A stretch of 64,000 nucleotides of DNA, taken from Camelus ferus (taxonomy: Eukaryota). The stretch's first letter is position 1. Each line of letters begins with the position of its first letter. Location: the NCBI RefSeq assembly GCF_009834535.1, contig NC_045696.1:54996001-55060000 (forward strand), written 5' to 3'. A program made the translations under genes and the position numbers. The notes below the pieces were generated by a model. That model made no database searches. It saw only the letters and a program-made list of their open reading frames with translations, and was not told where the DNA came from. Shown piece by piece: positions 1 through 11,950 of the stretch.

Positions 1-1149
1 GCCCTGACATATATTCCAGTCATTCTTCATAAAGTCAACTTTAAAATCCCATGCTCCTTATTTTCTTTAATAACCAAGTAAAGTTTGTAAGCTGAGATGG
101 CTTCTAGAGATTGTTCTGAGGAGATCTTAGTCAGGAAGTGATTTACTTCAGAAGGAGCTCATGAGTTCTTCAGTCTTCAGATCACTTCCCTCTAGTCCCC
201 AAATTGAGAAATAGTGGCCTCTGTTATGACTCACCTGATTGTCCCACAACAGTGATCCATCTGGAAGATAAGATGCCCATTCTAAACCTCTGGGTGAAAC
301 CTGCCAGCCAATCTGTCAATGAACCATTCTTGAGAAATTTCTGAACACAGCCCATCCCCAGTCTTATCCCTGCAGAAATTTCTCCTCTTCAAATGTCAGT
401 AATAAGATGTGTGTTGTAGAGTTATGACTGTGCCAGGTTCTTCTGATTTTCCTTCTCTCTAGTTCTCTCTGTTTGAAATACCCTTTCCCCTTTGTTTAAC
501 TATTCATCTTTAAAAGCTCTGTTGTAAATCCCCTGTACGTCTTTAAGAGAGAAAGAAAAGACAGAAGAACAAATAGACAAAACAATTGAATGAACTGAAA
601 ATAATATCATACATGAGCTGATACCAAACACTCTGGGGTAGAAAATTTCACATTTTTTATAAATATATTTTTAACCATTCTTTACTTACTTCTTACAGAC
701 TCCTAAATGATTTTAATATTCAATGAAAAAACTGTTCTGATACAGATATTCATGGTAATGAGCATTACATTTTATATAACTACTTTGGAAGAGCACTCTG
801 TTAAACCAAAGGAACTAAAAATTCAGCAGTTCTCAAATAGTAATAATAACCATATTCTTCTCTCATATTAAATAAAATCTTTCCCACTTATCTTTCATTG
901 AATACCATCAATCCAAATTCTAAATGTCTTAGAGATACTGTCAACTGATTCCAATTCACCCATGCACATATTTTACTCAGATGTCAAGTCATGCTAATGT
1001 TTTTCGATTTCATTATTTTTTTAATTGCAATAAATTATGAGTTTGTAGGATGATTTGGTAACAGTGCCTTTTGGCCTCTCACCACTCCTTTTCCACCTCC
1101 CTCCTTAAAGAGAAACTTCATTAAAAGCTAACCTGAAATGTTTTCTTCT

Positions 1150-1860
1150 AGATTAGTTTCAATGAATTTACAAATGTACCTATCTGCATGTACATAGTTC
1201 AATAACAGGATCCTATTTATAAATGTATTTCTGTGACTTTTTCCCATATAGTGTACAACGTGAACAATGCCGGTGTCTCCATGGTAGTGTGAATACATCC
1301 ATCACCTTTGCAATAGCCACATAGTATTAAATTACCTACATACACCATAAGTAAATTTTACCTTCATGAATGAACATTGTGTGCATGTGTTTTTGTTTTA
1401 TTTCGTTTTTTTGCTATTTACAACGACAAACTCAATATCCTTGTATATAAGTTTGTGCCCATATGTGAGTATTTCTCTGGCATAGAGTCAAAACATGAAA
1501 TTTCTAGGTCAGAGGTTATGTGTGTTTTACATCTGATAAAATCTAGAAAATTGCTTTTCAAAAAAACTTGTGCCAATTTACATTTCCACCAACATTGGAA
1601 GATAATCCCTATTTCCTCATAAACACATCAAAACCAAAAATTTTCAATCTTTCACAACATTCTTTCCCATCTGATGTACAAACATTCATGCTGTTTTGCT
1701 TTAATTTGCATTTCTGTGATTTTTAGTACAGCTTGTTTTTCCACAAAGTACACTGGTCCTCTGTATTCTTCTATAAATGTATCCATTTAAAAAATTTACT
1801 TGTCTTTCTTCCTTGCACTATATAAGCGATCCTTATGTATTAAGAATGCATTTTGTCACA
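1150..1860 (-). mobile_element. Old L1 (L1ME-like) 3' region fragment
   Basis: Antisense L1 3'-end phrases such as gaaatttctaggtcagagg, aatttacatttccaccaac, ttaatttgcatttct. Confidence 0.65.
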
Positions 1861-2109
1861 TATATTGCAAGTATATTGAAAAGTCGGCAAAATACTCTAA
1901 TACTATCAATAAAAAATAATAATGATGATGATATATAATAATCCAACTCTGTAAAAGGCAGGATTTTTGAGTCCATACACCTAACCTGCCATAGTTTGGG
2001 GTCTGCCAGTGCAAATCAGTATGTCCAGATCTGGGCTGCACTTTGTTGCCACTTGGTGCCTGTTTGCTGGTCTGACTCAGATGCTGTGGGGAGTATTCTG
2101 GGACCTGTG

Positions 2110-2618
2110 TGTGATGGTGAATTTTATCTGTCTGTTTGACTGTAGGACAAGGTACCCAAATATTTGACTAAACATTATTTCTGAATGTTGGTGAGAGTGT
2201 TTCCTGATGAGATTAGCATTTAAATCAGTAGACTAACTAAATCAGATTACCCTCCCCAGTCTGTGTGGACATAATCCAATCTATTGAGGGCCTGAAGAGA
2301 ACAAAAACCCGAAGCAGGGAAGAACTAACTGTCTGCCTAAGTGCTTGAGCGAGGACACCTGTCTTCCCCTGAACTCACACTAGGGCCACGGGCTCCTTTG
2401 GTTCTTGGGGACTCAGACTAGGGCTCCCCTGGTTTTCAGGTCTTTGGGCTTGGACTGTAATCACACTATGGCTTTCCTGGGCCACTAGCCTGCAGATGGA
2501 AGACTATGAGATTTCTCAGCCTTTATAATCACATGTTCTAATTCCTTACAATGAAACTCTCTCTATACATGTATATATCTTATTGGGTCTGTTTTTCTGG
2601 AAATCCCTGGCTGATACA
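2110..2618 (+). mobile_element. MLT2-type (ERVL) solo LTR
   Basis: Begins tgtgatggtgaattttat, ends ggaaatccctggctgataca; internal gagattagcatttaaatcagtagac; flanked by ctgtg/ttgtg (4/5 TSD). Confidence 0.85.
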
Positions 2619-3604
2619 TTGTGGCTCTCTAAGACTGGCAGGACAAAGACAGCAATTCCAGGGTTCCCCTAGCTGGCTGGCACTAATCACACCATCCTGC
2701 TCAGGGGAGATTAAACTGAAAGAATATAAGGGAAACTGAATACTTGGGTACCCATTCCCTGCATTCATTTCCTATAATACAAATTTCTTCTTCCCTGCCT
2801 AACTTTACTGTACCCTAATATATAACTCTTTCTTCTTGCAGAAAATAATAAGGATTTTCTTCTGAAACCATTCAAAACTGGATGGAATAGAAGACAGAAG
2901 CCAATGTCCAAATGTGTCATACCCCAAATCATGTCATCACAGATATTATAATTATATGATGTTGCTATATTTTTCCCATTTATCCATTCATCTGTTGGAC
3001 ATTTGAGTTGTTCCCAGTTTTTAGCTATTACAAATAAAACTGCAGTAAATATTTGTGTATAATTCTTTATGCTGACATATGTTTTAATGTCTGGGAAAAT
3101 ATCTGTGACAGGAATAGCTGGATCATGTGGTTGAAGTGCATATACCTTATTCAGAGACTGCCAGACTGCTTTTCAAAGTTGTAGCATTTTACATTCCCAA
3201 CGGCAGTGTATGAGAGTTCCTGTTTGTCCATATGTTTGCAAGCACTTGGTATTTTATTTTTTGGTTTTGTTGGTTTGTTTTAAATGTTAAGCATTCTACT
3301 GGTTCTGAAAGGTTATCTCATTGCAGTTTTAGCTGGCATTTCCCTGATGACTAATGATAAGCCTCTTTTCATGTGCTTACTTGACATCTATATCTTCTTT
3401 TATTTAAGAGAAATATTTAAAATATTTTAAAAAAATTTTATTTAACAAGATCTTTAATTTTAATAAATTAGGTTGTTGGTTTTCTTATTAAGGTTTAAGA
3501 TTTCTTTATATATTCTAGAAATAAATTCTATATTGGATATAGGTTTGCAAGTATTTTCTTCTAATTTGTGGAATGTCTTTTCATTCTCTTAGCATTGTCT
3601 TTTT

Positions 3605-5137
3605 TTTTTTTTTTTTTTAATTACTTAAGACCTTTATTAACAGGTGCTTGCAGTTTGTTGACTTTTTTTTTGGAAAAAATCAAGCTGTAAACTTTTATTA
3701 CAAATTAAAAGTGAGATTCTTAAAAATCTCAACTTGACCAGATATGAAATAATTTAAAAACCTTTAAAGGTGTATTGAGAAAAACCAGGCTTTTTTTTTT
3801 TTTCTAAACACGTTTGTCGTTACCAAAAAGAGACGTCTTTAGGTGAAAATAATAAAACCCCATTCTGCATAGGTAATGCAGATAGTTCTAGTTATCTGGT
3901 CAACAGGCAAAAAGCAAGCACTTAAGGTCTTCAGCTTCAATCTTTTGTTCATTTCTTATCGCTGGAATTTCATATTCATTTATTCTTGTTGGATGACTAA
4001 ACCGGATGATGGTAGAGATGGTAAGCCGGCATTTATTCAGCCCCGCCCTGCTCAGCCTCCGGAGCGGACGAATTCTCAGCGGGTGGATCGGCTGCTTTTG
4101 CCTCTTTGCCATCTCGTGGTTTAGGGTTTTCTGGGCGTCTGCATCAGTAATTGAAGTTGCAGCGGTACCGACGTTGAGGTGGCTGCTGACCCTGGGTCTC
4201 ATCTTGATTTTCCTTATCTTCTTCATTGCCATCCTCTCTGGGCTGTCTTTAGCGAGGAGGGCCCCTGTGTAATCGTGGTCTATAACCCCGATACATATTC
4301 TGCCTCACTGGTCTACCTTGTTCTCCCGCACCTTGGTTGTCAGCACCCTCATCACTTCTCCCTGCACAGGAGGGTTGGAATATTGTGGTCGACGCCCATA
4401 GGGCCTCCGCGTGTAGTAAGGTGGGAACCTCCGCCTGCGGTAGGGCTGGTGCTGCTGGGCCTGGCCTTCAGGAGCGCTCTCTGATCCCTCATTCTTTTTT
4501 CCACTCTCACTATTCTGGTAGTTCTGCTGGTAATTGCGTGGAGGACACCTGCGACGTGGAGAGCGTCTATAACGGTTACAGTCCGCTGCGTGTTTACTGC
4601 CTTGCACTGGAACTCCACCAGGGCCTGCAACATTTGCTGCCTCCGCACCCTTTTCTCCTTCAACAACATCAAACTCCACAGTCTCTCCCTCTCCTACACT
4701 GAGAAGGTACTTCCTGGGGTTATTCTTCTTTATGGCAGTCTGGTGTACAAATACATCTTCCTTGGTGTCATTCCTGTTGATGAAGCCATATCCGTTTCTT
4801 ACATTGAACCATTTTACTGTTCCCAAAACCTTCATTGCGATGACCTTCTTGCCCCCACTGGCAGGCGCCGCAGATGTAAGGCCGCCCGGGCCGCCGCTCC
4901 CTGCGCCGCTGCCCATTGTACAGGGCTTGGTGTCTGCAGCGCTGAGGGCGGGGGCGGGGGCGGCGTGTGGCTGCTGAGTCTCGGCCTCGCTGCTCGTGGT
5001 TGCGGTGATGGTGACTGGGGCCGGCCGCAGCAGCTGTGGCTCCTCTTGGGGTGAGATGGTAACTAGGCCAGCAGCGGCGGTGGAGCTGCTCAGGGCTCTC
5101 TGGGGTCCGCTCTCCGCTCCTGCTACTGATCGAACTG
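3605..5137 (-). pseudogene. YBX1: Processed (retrotransposed) YBX1 / YB-1 pseudogene, full-length mRNA copy
   Basis: Intronless translation SSEAETQQP...[42 protein letters not shown]...EAEQGGAE* matches YB-1. Start codon ATG>ACG at 4997-4995; 1-bp deletion near 4350; original stop TAA at 4035-4033; 3' UTR with AATAAA (3638-3633); poly(A) seen as a T-run ending at 3618; TSD AGCATTGTCTTTTT at 3591-3604 and 5138-5151 with a TT/AAAAA L1 endonuclease site. Confidence 0.97.
4305..4916 (-). CDS. Residual ORF of the YBX1 retrocopy (203 aa from a new ATG; cold-shock domain plus N-terminal half of the CTD); translation unproven
   Basis: ACA-ATG-G at 4916-4914, in frame with the ORF-track frame 4305..5159; open to a stop ending at 4305 after a frameshifted tail [14 protein letters not shown]. 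Confidence 0.25.
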   Translation of the reverse strand: MGSGAGSGGPGGLTSAAPASGGKKVIAMKVLGTVKWFNVRNGYGFINRNDTKEDVFVHQTAIKKNNPRKYLLSVGEGETVEFDVVEGEKGAEAANVAGPGGVPVQGSKHAADCNRYRRSPRRRCPPRNYQQNYQNSESGKKNEGSESAPEGQAQQHQPYRRRRFPPYYTRRPYGRRPQYSNPPVQGEVMRVLTTKVRENKVDQ

Positions 5138-5704
5138 AGCATTGTCTTTTTAAGAGCAATAATTAATTTTGATAGAATCCAATTTGTCAAGTATTTCTTC
5201 TTTTATGGATAGTGATTTTGGTGTCAAATCTAAGATGTCTGCCTAATTTAAAATCACAAAGATTTTCTCCTGTTTTCTTCTACAAGTTTTGTACTTCTAG
5301 GTTTTGCACTGTGATTCATTTTGAGATAACTTTGTCTATGCTATAGGGTATTGATAAAGGCTCATCATTTTATATTTGGATAGCTAACTGTTCCAGAGCC
5401 ATTTGTTAGGGGGAAAAAAAAACAACCTTTTTTTTCTCTATTGAAGCTCCCTTGTACCTTTATTGATAGTATAAAAATGGATTTTTTTCTTCTGGAGTCT
5501 GTATTCTGCCATGTTGTTCTGTCTCTATCTTTGTGTCAATATAACACACTCTTATTTACTGTAGCTTTATAACAAGCTGTTGAAGTCCTCCAATTTCTGT
5601 TTTTCAAAGTTTTTGTTTATTTGCTGTATAATTCTAGGTTTTTGCATTTCCATATTCATTTTAAAAGCACCTTGACTGCTAGAATCTTACTGGAATTGCA
5701 TTGA

Positions 5705-8700
5705 ATGAAAAGGTCAATAGAAAAAAACTATAATAAATACACACAAAAAAGAGAAAGGAATCCAAACAACACAAAAGATAATCACCAAATCACAAAGGAA
5801 GAGAACAAAAGAAGAAGGAAGGAACAAAAAGGAACTACAAAAAACCACCTCCAAACAATTAACATAGTGGCAATAAGTACACTCCTATCAATATTACTTT
5901 AAGTGTAAATGGACTAAATACTTCAATCAAAAGACATAAGGAGGCTGACTGGATTAAAAAAATAATTCACTTCTATATGCTGCCTACAAGAGACTCACTT
6001 CAGAGCTAGATACACACAAAGACTGAAAGTAGGATATGGAAAAAGATATTTCATGCAAACAGGGACAATCAGAAAGCAGGGGTAACAATACACATATCAG
6101 ACAAAACAGACTTTCAAACAAAGGCTATAACAAAAGACAAAGAAGGGCATTATATAATGATAAAGGGATCAACACAAGGAGAGGATAGTACACTTGTTAA
6201 CATATATGCATCTAATACAGCAGCATCTAGCTATATAAAGCAAATACTATCAGTCATAAAGGGAGAAATAGAAAATAATAAAATAATAGTAGGGAACAGT
6301 TACACCCCAATGACATCAATGGACAAATCATCCATACAGAAAAGAATAAAGTAACAGTGGTCTTAAATGACATAATAGGCCAGTTGGACTCAATATATAT
6401 CTACAGGACATTATATCCAAAAACAGCAGAATACATGTTTCTTTCTTGTGCACATAGAATGTTCTCCAGGATAGATCACAGGCTATACCACTAGTTTCAA
6501 CAAAGTCAAGATGACAGAAATTATATCGCGTATTTTTTTCTGATCAAAATGACATGAAACTGGAAATCAATTACAAGAAAAATGAGAAAAAAAATACAGA
6601 CACATGGAGACTAAACAATATGCTCCTAAAAACAGTGGGTCAATTAAAAAATAAAAAAGGAAATCAGAAAATACCTTGAGACAAATAAAAATGGAAGTAC
6701 AACACTCCAAAATCTATGGTCTGCAGCAAAAACCTTTCTAAGAGGAAAGTTTATAATGATACAGGCCTTCCTCTAAAAATAAGAAAAATTTTAAATAAAC
6801 AACCTGCCCTACCACCTAAAGGAATTAGAAAAAGAACAAACAAAACACAAAGTCAGTATAAGAAAGAAATAATAAAGATAAGAGAGGAAATACATAAACT
6901 AGAGATTAAATAAGACCAGAAAAGGTCAATAAACCAAATCTGATTTTTTGAAAAGATAAACAAAATTGATAAATCTTCAGCTAGGCTCATCAAGAAGGAA
7001 AGAGAGTGGACCCAAATAAATAAAATAAGAAATTAAAGAGGAGAAATAACAATTACTACCACAGAAATAAAAAAAAATCATAAGAGAATACTATGAGCAG
7101 TTATATGACAAAAAATTGGACAACCTAGAAGAAATGGATAGTTTTTTAGAAACATACGACCTGCCAAGATTGAATCAGGAAGAAACAGACAATTTGATCA
7201 GACCAATCACTAGTACTGAAATTGAATCTGTAATTTAAAAAAATAGTCAGAAAACAAAAGTCCAGGGTCAGAATTCACACAGGAGTTCTATCAAACATAA
7301 AGAAGAATTAAAGTCTATTCTCCTCAAATTATTCCAAAATATGGAAGAGGATGGAACACTCCTAAATGTATTCTCTGAGGCCATCATTACCCTGGTACCA
7401 AAACCAGAGAAGCAAACCACAACAAAAGAAAATTACAGGCCAATATCATTGATGAACATAAATGCAAAAATCCTCAACAAAATATTAGCAAACTGAACCC
7501 AACAGTACATAAAAAAGATCACACGCCATCATCAAGCTGGATTTTATTCCAGGGATGCAATGATGGTTCAATATTCATAAGTCAATCAACATGATATGTC
7601 ACATAACAAAAGAAAGAATAAAAATCACATGATCATCTCAATATAGGAAGAAAAAATATTTGACAAAATTCATCATCCATTCATGATAAACATTCTCTTC
7701 AACATGGGTACAAAAGGCATATATTTCAACATAATAAAGACCATTTATGACAAACCCACAGCTAATACCATACTCAACAGTGAAAAGCTGAAAGCCTTTC
7801 CCCTAAATTCAGGAACAAGACAAGGATGCCCACTCTTGCCACTTCTATTTAACATAATATTGGAAGTTCTAGCCATAGCAATGAGACAAGAGAAATAAAT
7901 AAAATGCATCTAAATTGGAAGGGAAGAAGTAAAACTACCACTGCAGATGGCATGATACTGTATATAGAAAACTGTAAAGTCTCCACCAAAAAAAGCATTA
8001 GAACTAATAAGTGAATTCAGTAAAGTTGCAATATACAAGATTAATATACAGAAATCTGTTGCTTTTCTATAGAGTAATAATGAACTATCAAAAAGAGAAG
8101 GTAAGAAAACAATCCTGCTTAGAATTGTATTAAAAAGAACAAAACACTTAGGAATAAACCTAACCAAGGATGTGAAAGACTTATACTTGGAAAACTACAA
8201 AACACTGGCGAAGGAATTTGAAAATTACACAAAGAAATAGAAAAATATCCCATGTTCTTGGAATGAAATAGTTAATATTGTTAAAATGGCCATACTACCC
8301 AAAGCAATGTACAGATCTAATGCATTCTCTGTCAAAATACCCATGACATTTTTCACAGAACTAGAACAAATAATCCTAAAATTTATATGGAACCATAGAA
8401 GACCCCAAATTGCCAAAACAATCTGGAGAAAAAAGAACAAAGCTGGAGGTATCATAACCCTGACTCCAGACTATATTACAAAGCCACCATCATCAAAACA
8501 TCATGATACTAGCACAAAAAACATACACATAGATCAATGGAACAGAACAGAGGGTCCAAAAATAAACCCACACACTATGGTTAATTAATCTATGATAAAG
8601 GAGGCAAGAATATTCAATGGAGAAAAGAGAGTCTCTTCAATAAATGGTCCTCAGAAAGCTAGACAGCTACATGTAAAAGACTGAGATTAGAACATTTCCT

Positions 8701-9541
8701 CAAACCATATAAAAAATAAACTCAAAATGGTTAAAACACCTAAATTTAAGACTTGAAACCATAAGACTTCTAGAAGAGGACATAGGCAGAACACTCTTTG
8801 ACATAAATCATAGCAATATTTTTTATATGTCTCCTAAGATAAAAGAAATAAAATAAAAAAATAAATAAATGGACCTAATTAATCATTAAAGGTTTTGCAC
8901 AGCAAAGAAAACCAACAACAAAACGAAAAGACAACCTACAAAGTAAGAGAAAATATTTGCAAATGGTATGATCAAAAGGGGATTAACACCCAAACTATAT
9001 GAATAGCTAACAGAACCCAGTATCAAAAAAAGCAAACAATCCAGTTAAAAAAAAAAAACAGGCAGAAGATCTATAATAGACATTTTTCCAAAGAAGACAT
9101 ACAGATGGCTAATAGGCATGAGAAAAGGTACTCAACATTGCTAATTATTACAGAAGTGCAATTCAAAACAACGAGCTATCATCTCACATCTGTCAGAATT
9201 GCTATCATCAGAAAGTTTACAAATAACAAAAGTCAGCAAGGATGCAGAGAAAAGGGCACACTTATACACCATTAGTGGGAATGTACATTGGTACAGCCAC
9301 TATGAAAAACAGTATGGAAGTTCCTCAAAAACTAAAAGTAGAACTACCATATGATCCAGCAATTCCACTCCTGAGTATATATCCAGAAAAAATGAAAATA
9401 TTAATTCCAAAAGAAACAGGTACCCTAATGTTCACAGAAGCACTATTTACAATAGCTACTTATCTGTAAAAATATTGAATCACACAGCTGTACATCTGAA
9501 GCTAATATAACATTGTAAATCAACTATACTTCAATAAAAAA
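5705..9541 (+). mobile_element. 5'-truncated L1 with degenerate ORF2 (EN, RT, C-terminus) and internally deleted 3' UTR
   Basis: ORF2 peptides MIKGSTQGED..., [65 protein letters not shown] motif decayed to ADGM (~7943); ends atcaactatacttcaataaaaa; many stops and frameshifts. Confidence 0.95.
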
Positions 9542-9659
9542 TCAATATAGTTGTCTTTGACATTCAGTAATTAAATCAATATAAACTGATTCAAGTTATT
9601 TGGCCTCTCTACTGTAATTTCAGTGTTTTTAATAAGACTGTCAAGTCCCCCTCTACACA

Positions 9660-10985
9660 CACAAACATATTGTGGTTTGGGGGGGAAATTTCACTGAATC
9701 TTTATTTCAATTTGAAGAGAACTGATATTTTTACAATATTGGATCTTCCAAGCCATGAGTACCATACGGCTTTTCATGTTTTCTGTAATGTGTTTAAGCA
9801 ATCTTTTGTGATTATCTCAAAGATGCATTTTTTGTTACTATTATAAGTGGGCATTTTTAATTTATAAACTATCGATTTGTTCTTTTATGGAAATGAAGAC
9901 TGGACTGTGTCAATCTTGTATCAGGCAACCTAGTTATATCAGTCAGAGACTTACAGATAACAGATACCACTCCTGCCCCTACAAAAAAGGATTTAATACA
10001 GGGAATTAAGTGCTTACAAAGTTGTAGAAAGGGCCAGATGAGCAAGCTCTAGGCTGAGCTTCCAAGAGTGACACCTGGAATAGCATCTTAGAACTGGCCT
10101 GCCAAGGAAATAAATATCTCTGCCAGAGGCTGAATGTTGCGGAATGAAAAAATCACTGTCTACATGCTGACTCCATGACCACAGCTCAGTCACAACCCAG
10201 CCATCAAGAAGCATACATAGCTATGGATTACAGAGCCACACTTCCCACCTCCAAGGTGAAAACCTCTTAGCAGCTACAAACTAGGGAGAATGCAAACACT
10301 GGGGACACTGTTACTGCCACCCTAGAACACCAAATGATTTTCCAGCTCTCACTGCCGGCAAGAACAACAGAAGCATGTTCTCTGCCTCATTTTTAGTTGT
10401 ACGTATCTCCTGTGAATGTCTGCTGTTGGAAGCCAGATCACATGTGGAAAGTGAGCTGAAAGGGAGATTGGTAAATATAATCTTAGGATTTCTAGCTTTT
10501 AGTATCCAATAAAGTCATGCTACAAAAGTTTGGAGTAGCATTTAGAAAGCTGCAATTTGCCATCCTGTATAAGTTATTTTTTAATTCATAGTATGTCTAA
10601 ATATTTGGGAGATTTTCTATATAGAAGACGATACCACCCACAAATAAATATACGTTTGTTTCCTAGCCCTTCTTCCTTTTCCTCCTTTTCTTCTCTTATT
10701 CACAGACTAAGACCTCCAATAAGTCCTGACTATAATAAAAATGGCGCTAAGGTAAAACCATAAAATAGCCTATTTGCTACCGGCTTCTTGTAAATTCTTT
10801 TAATCAAGTTAAGAATGTTTACTGCTATTCCATTTTTACTAAGAGATTGTTTTTTCTTTGTTTTGAAAATAGGAATATGTATTGAATTTTACATAATAAT
10901 TGCTAATGTCAATATGATTGCAGATTTTTCCCCTTAATCTATTAATGCAGTGAATTTCATTAATAGTTTTTCTAAGGGTGACCAA
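9660..10985 (-). mobile_element. Old L1ME-like ORF2 fragment interrupted by an ancient LTR-like segment (~9936-10560)
   Basis: Antisense ORF2 phrases (aatttgaagagaactgatattttacaatattggatcttcc; ttcccccttaatctattaatgcagtgaatt-like); the middle starts tatcagtcag...ggatttaatacagggaatt like ERVL/MaLR LTRs. Confidence 0.5.
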
Positions 10986-11029
10986 TCTTTACATTTCTAT
11001 CTATTCCATTTTTATGATGCCTCCTGTCT

Positions 11030-11950
11030 GTCCTTCCTGTGTTCTACTTGCCCTTGTGTTAGTGCATTTCCCCATTATCTTTCACCTGCACCACTGTAAT
11101 GGCCTCCTAATTGGTTTTGCTGTCAAAAATATTTGGCTCCTGCAACACATTGTTCACATTTAAACCAGAATTATCTTCCTCACTGGATAATCTCACTCTG
11201 ATCCTCAAAACCCTTTAATACCTCTTCATAACCTAGGAAGGAAGATTAAAGTTAGGCCTTTCCCTATGTTCCATCCTATAATTGCATCAATACATTTTTT
11301 TTTTTTATTACCACCACCATGGACGTTTACCATAAATCGGTTGTAACAAGGTATTGGTGAGTCCAAGAAACATGCCACACATGTTCATGTCTCTGAGTCT
11401 TTCATTTAGCTCAGAATTTTCCAAAATGTGTTCTAGGGAACACTAATCCTGGGGGATACTTTTGGAATTAATGGTTTCAAAATCAAGTAAATTATAAAAA
11501 TACTTTTTCTATGCTGGTCGTAAAGATTCATATTACTTGTCAATGTAAGAAATACTATGAAATCTTACAATAAATACAGTAAGACTCTTTCAGCTCAGTA
11601 TTCTCTCCGTATTTATACATAAAAACCTTTAAGTGACTAATAATATTCATTAAAACTAAATTTCTACTGAAAACACTTTGTAGGAAAAAAAAGCCTAATA
11701 AGTATTTCCTCAACATAGAAAGCACCTCCTCCCTTTCCCACCCATCAAATTCTACTCATCTTCCAAGGCCTCCTCTTTCTGGATAACACCCATCCCCAAA
11801 CTGGTACTCATTCTCTAAATCGCCATAGCATGTTGCTATACCTTTAAATTGTGTGCTGATTCTTTTCCCCAAATAAATTTAAGCTCCTTAAGAGCAGAGT
11901 TTTCACTGCATTCCAGAAAAATACTCAGCATATAACAGGTGCTTAATAAA
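11030..11950 (+). mobile_element. L2 fragments including the 3' end
   Basis: ccactgtaatggcctcctaattgg...; aagctccttaagagcagag...caggtgcttaataaa, typical of the L2 tail. Confidence 0.6.
11412..11690. mobile_element. hAT-Charlie MITE (MER103C-like)
   Basis: cagaattttccaaaatgtgttctagggaacacta at the left; inverted aaacactttgtaggaaa at the right. Confidence 0.55.

Larger units (their letters stand above)
2960..5700 (-). mobile_element. Old L1 (L1MB/MC-like) ORF2 end and 3' UTR, interrupted by the YBX1 retrocopy
   Basis: Antisense L1 sequence reads continuously across the retrocopy TSD (ttttcattctcttagcattgtcttttt|aagagcaataattaattttgatagaatccaatttgtc). Confidence 0.8.

Noticed and set aside
4305..5159. 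284-aa ORF as a functional YBX1 gene
   Set aside because: It starts at a TTG in flanking L1 DNA, the true ATG is mutated, it is frameshifted and intronless, and it has poly(A) and a TSD.
3876..5190. Other ORFs overlapping the retrocopy (e.g. 3900..4232, 4590..5054, 4768..5190)
   Set aside because: Alternative-frame or antisense shadows of GC-rich YBX1 sequence.
5868..9470. Active L1 ORF2
   Set aside because: Numerous stops and frameshifts, catalytic FADD decayed to ADG, no 5' UTR or intact ORF1.
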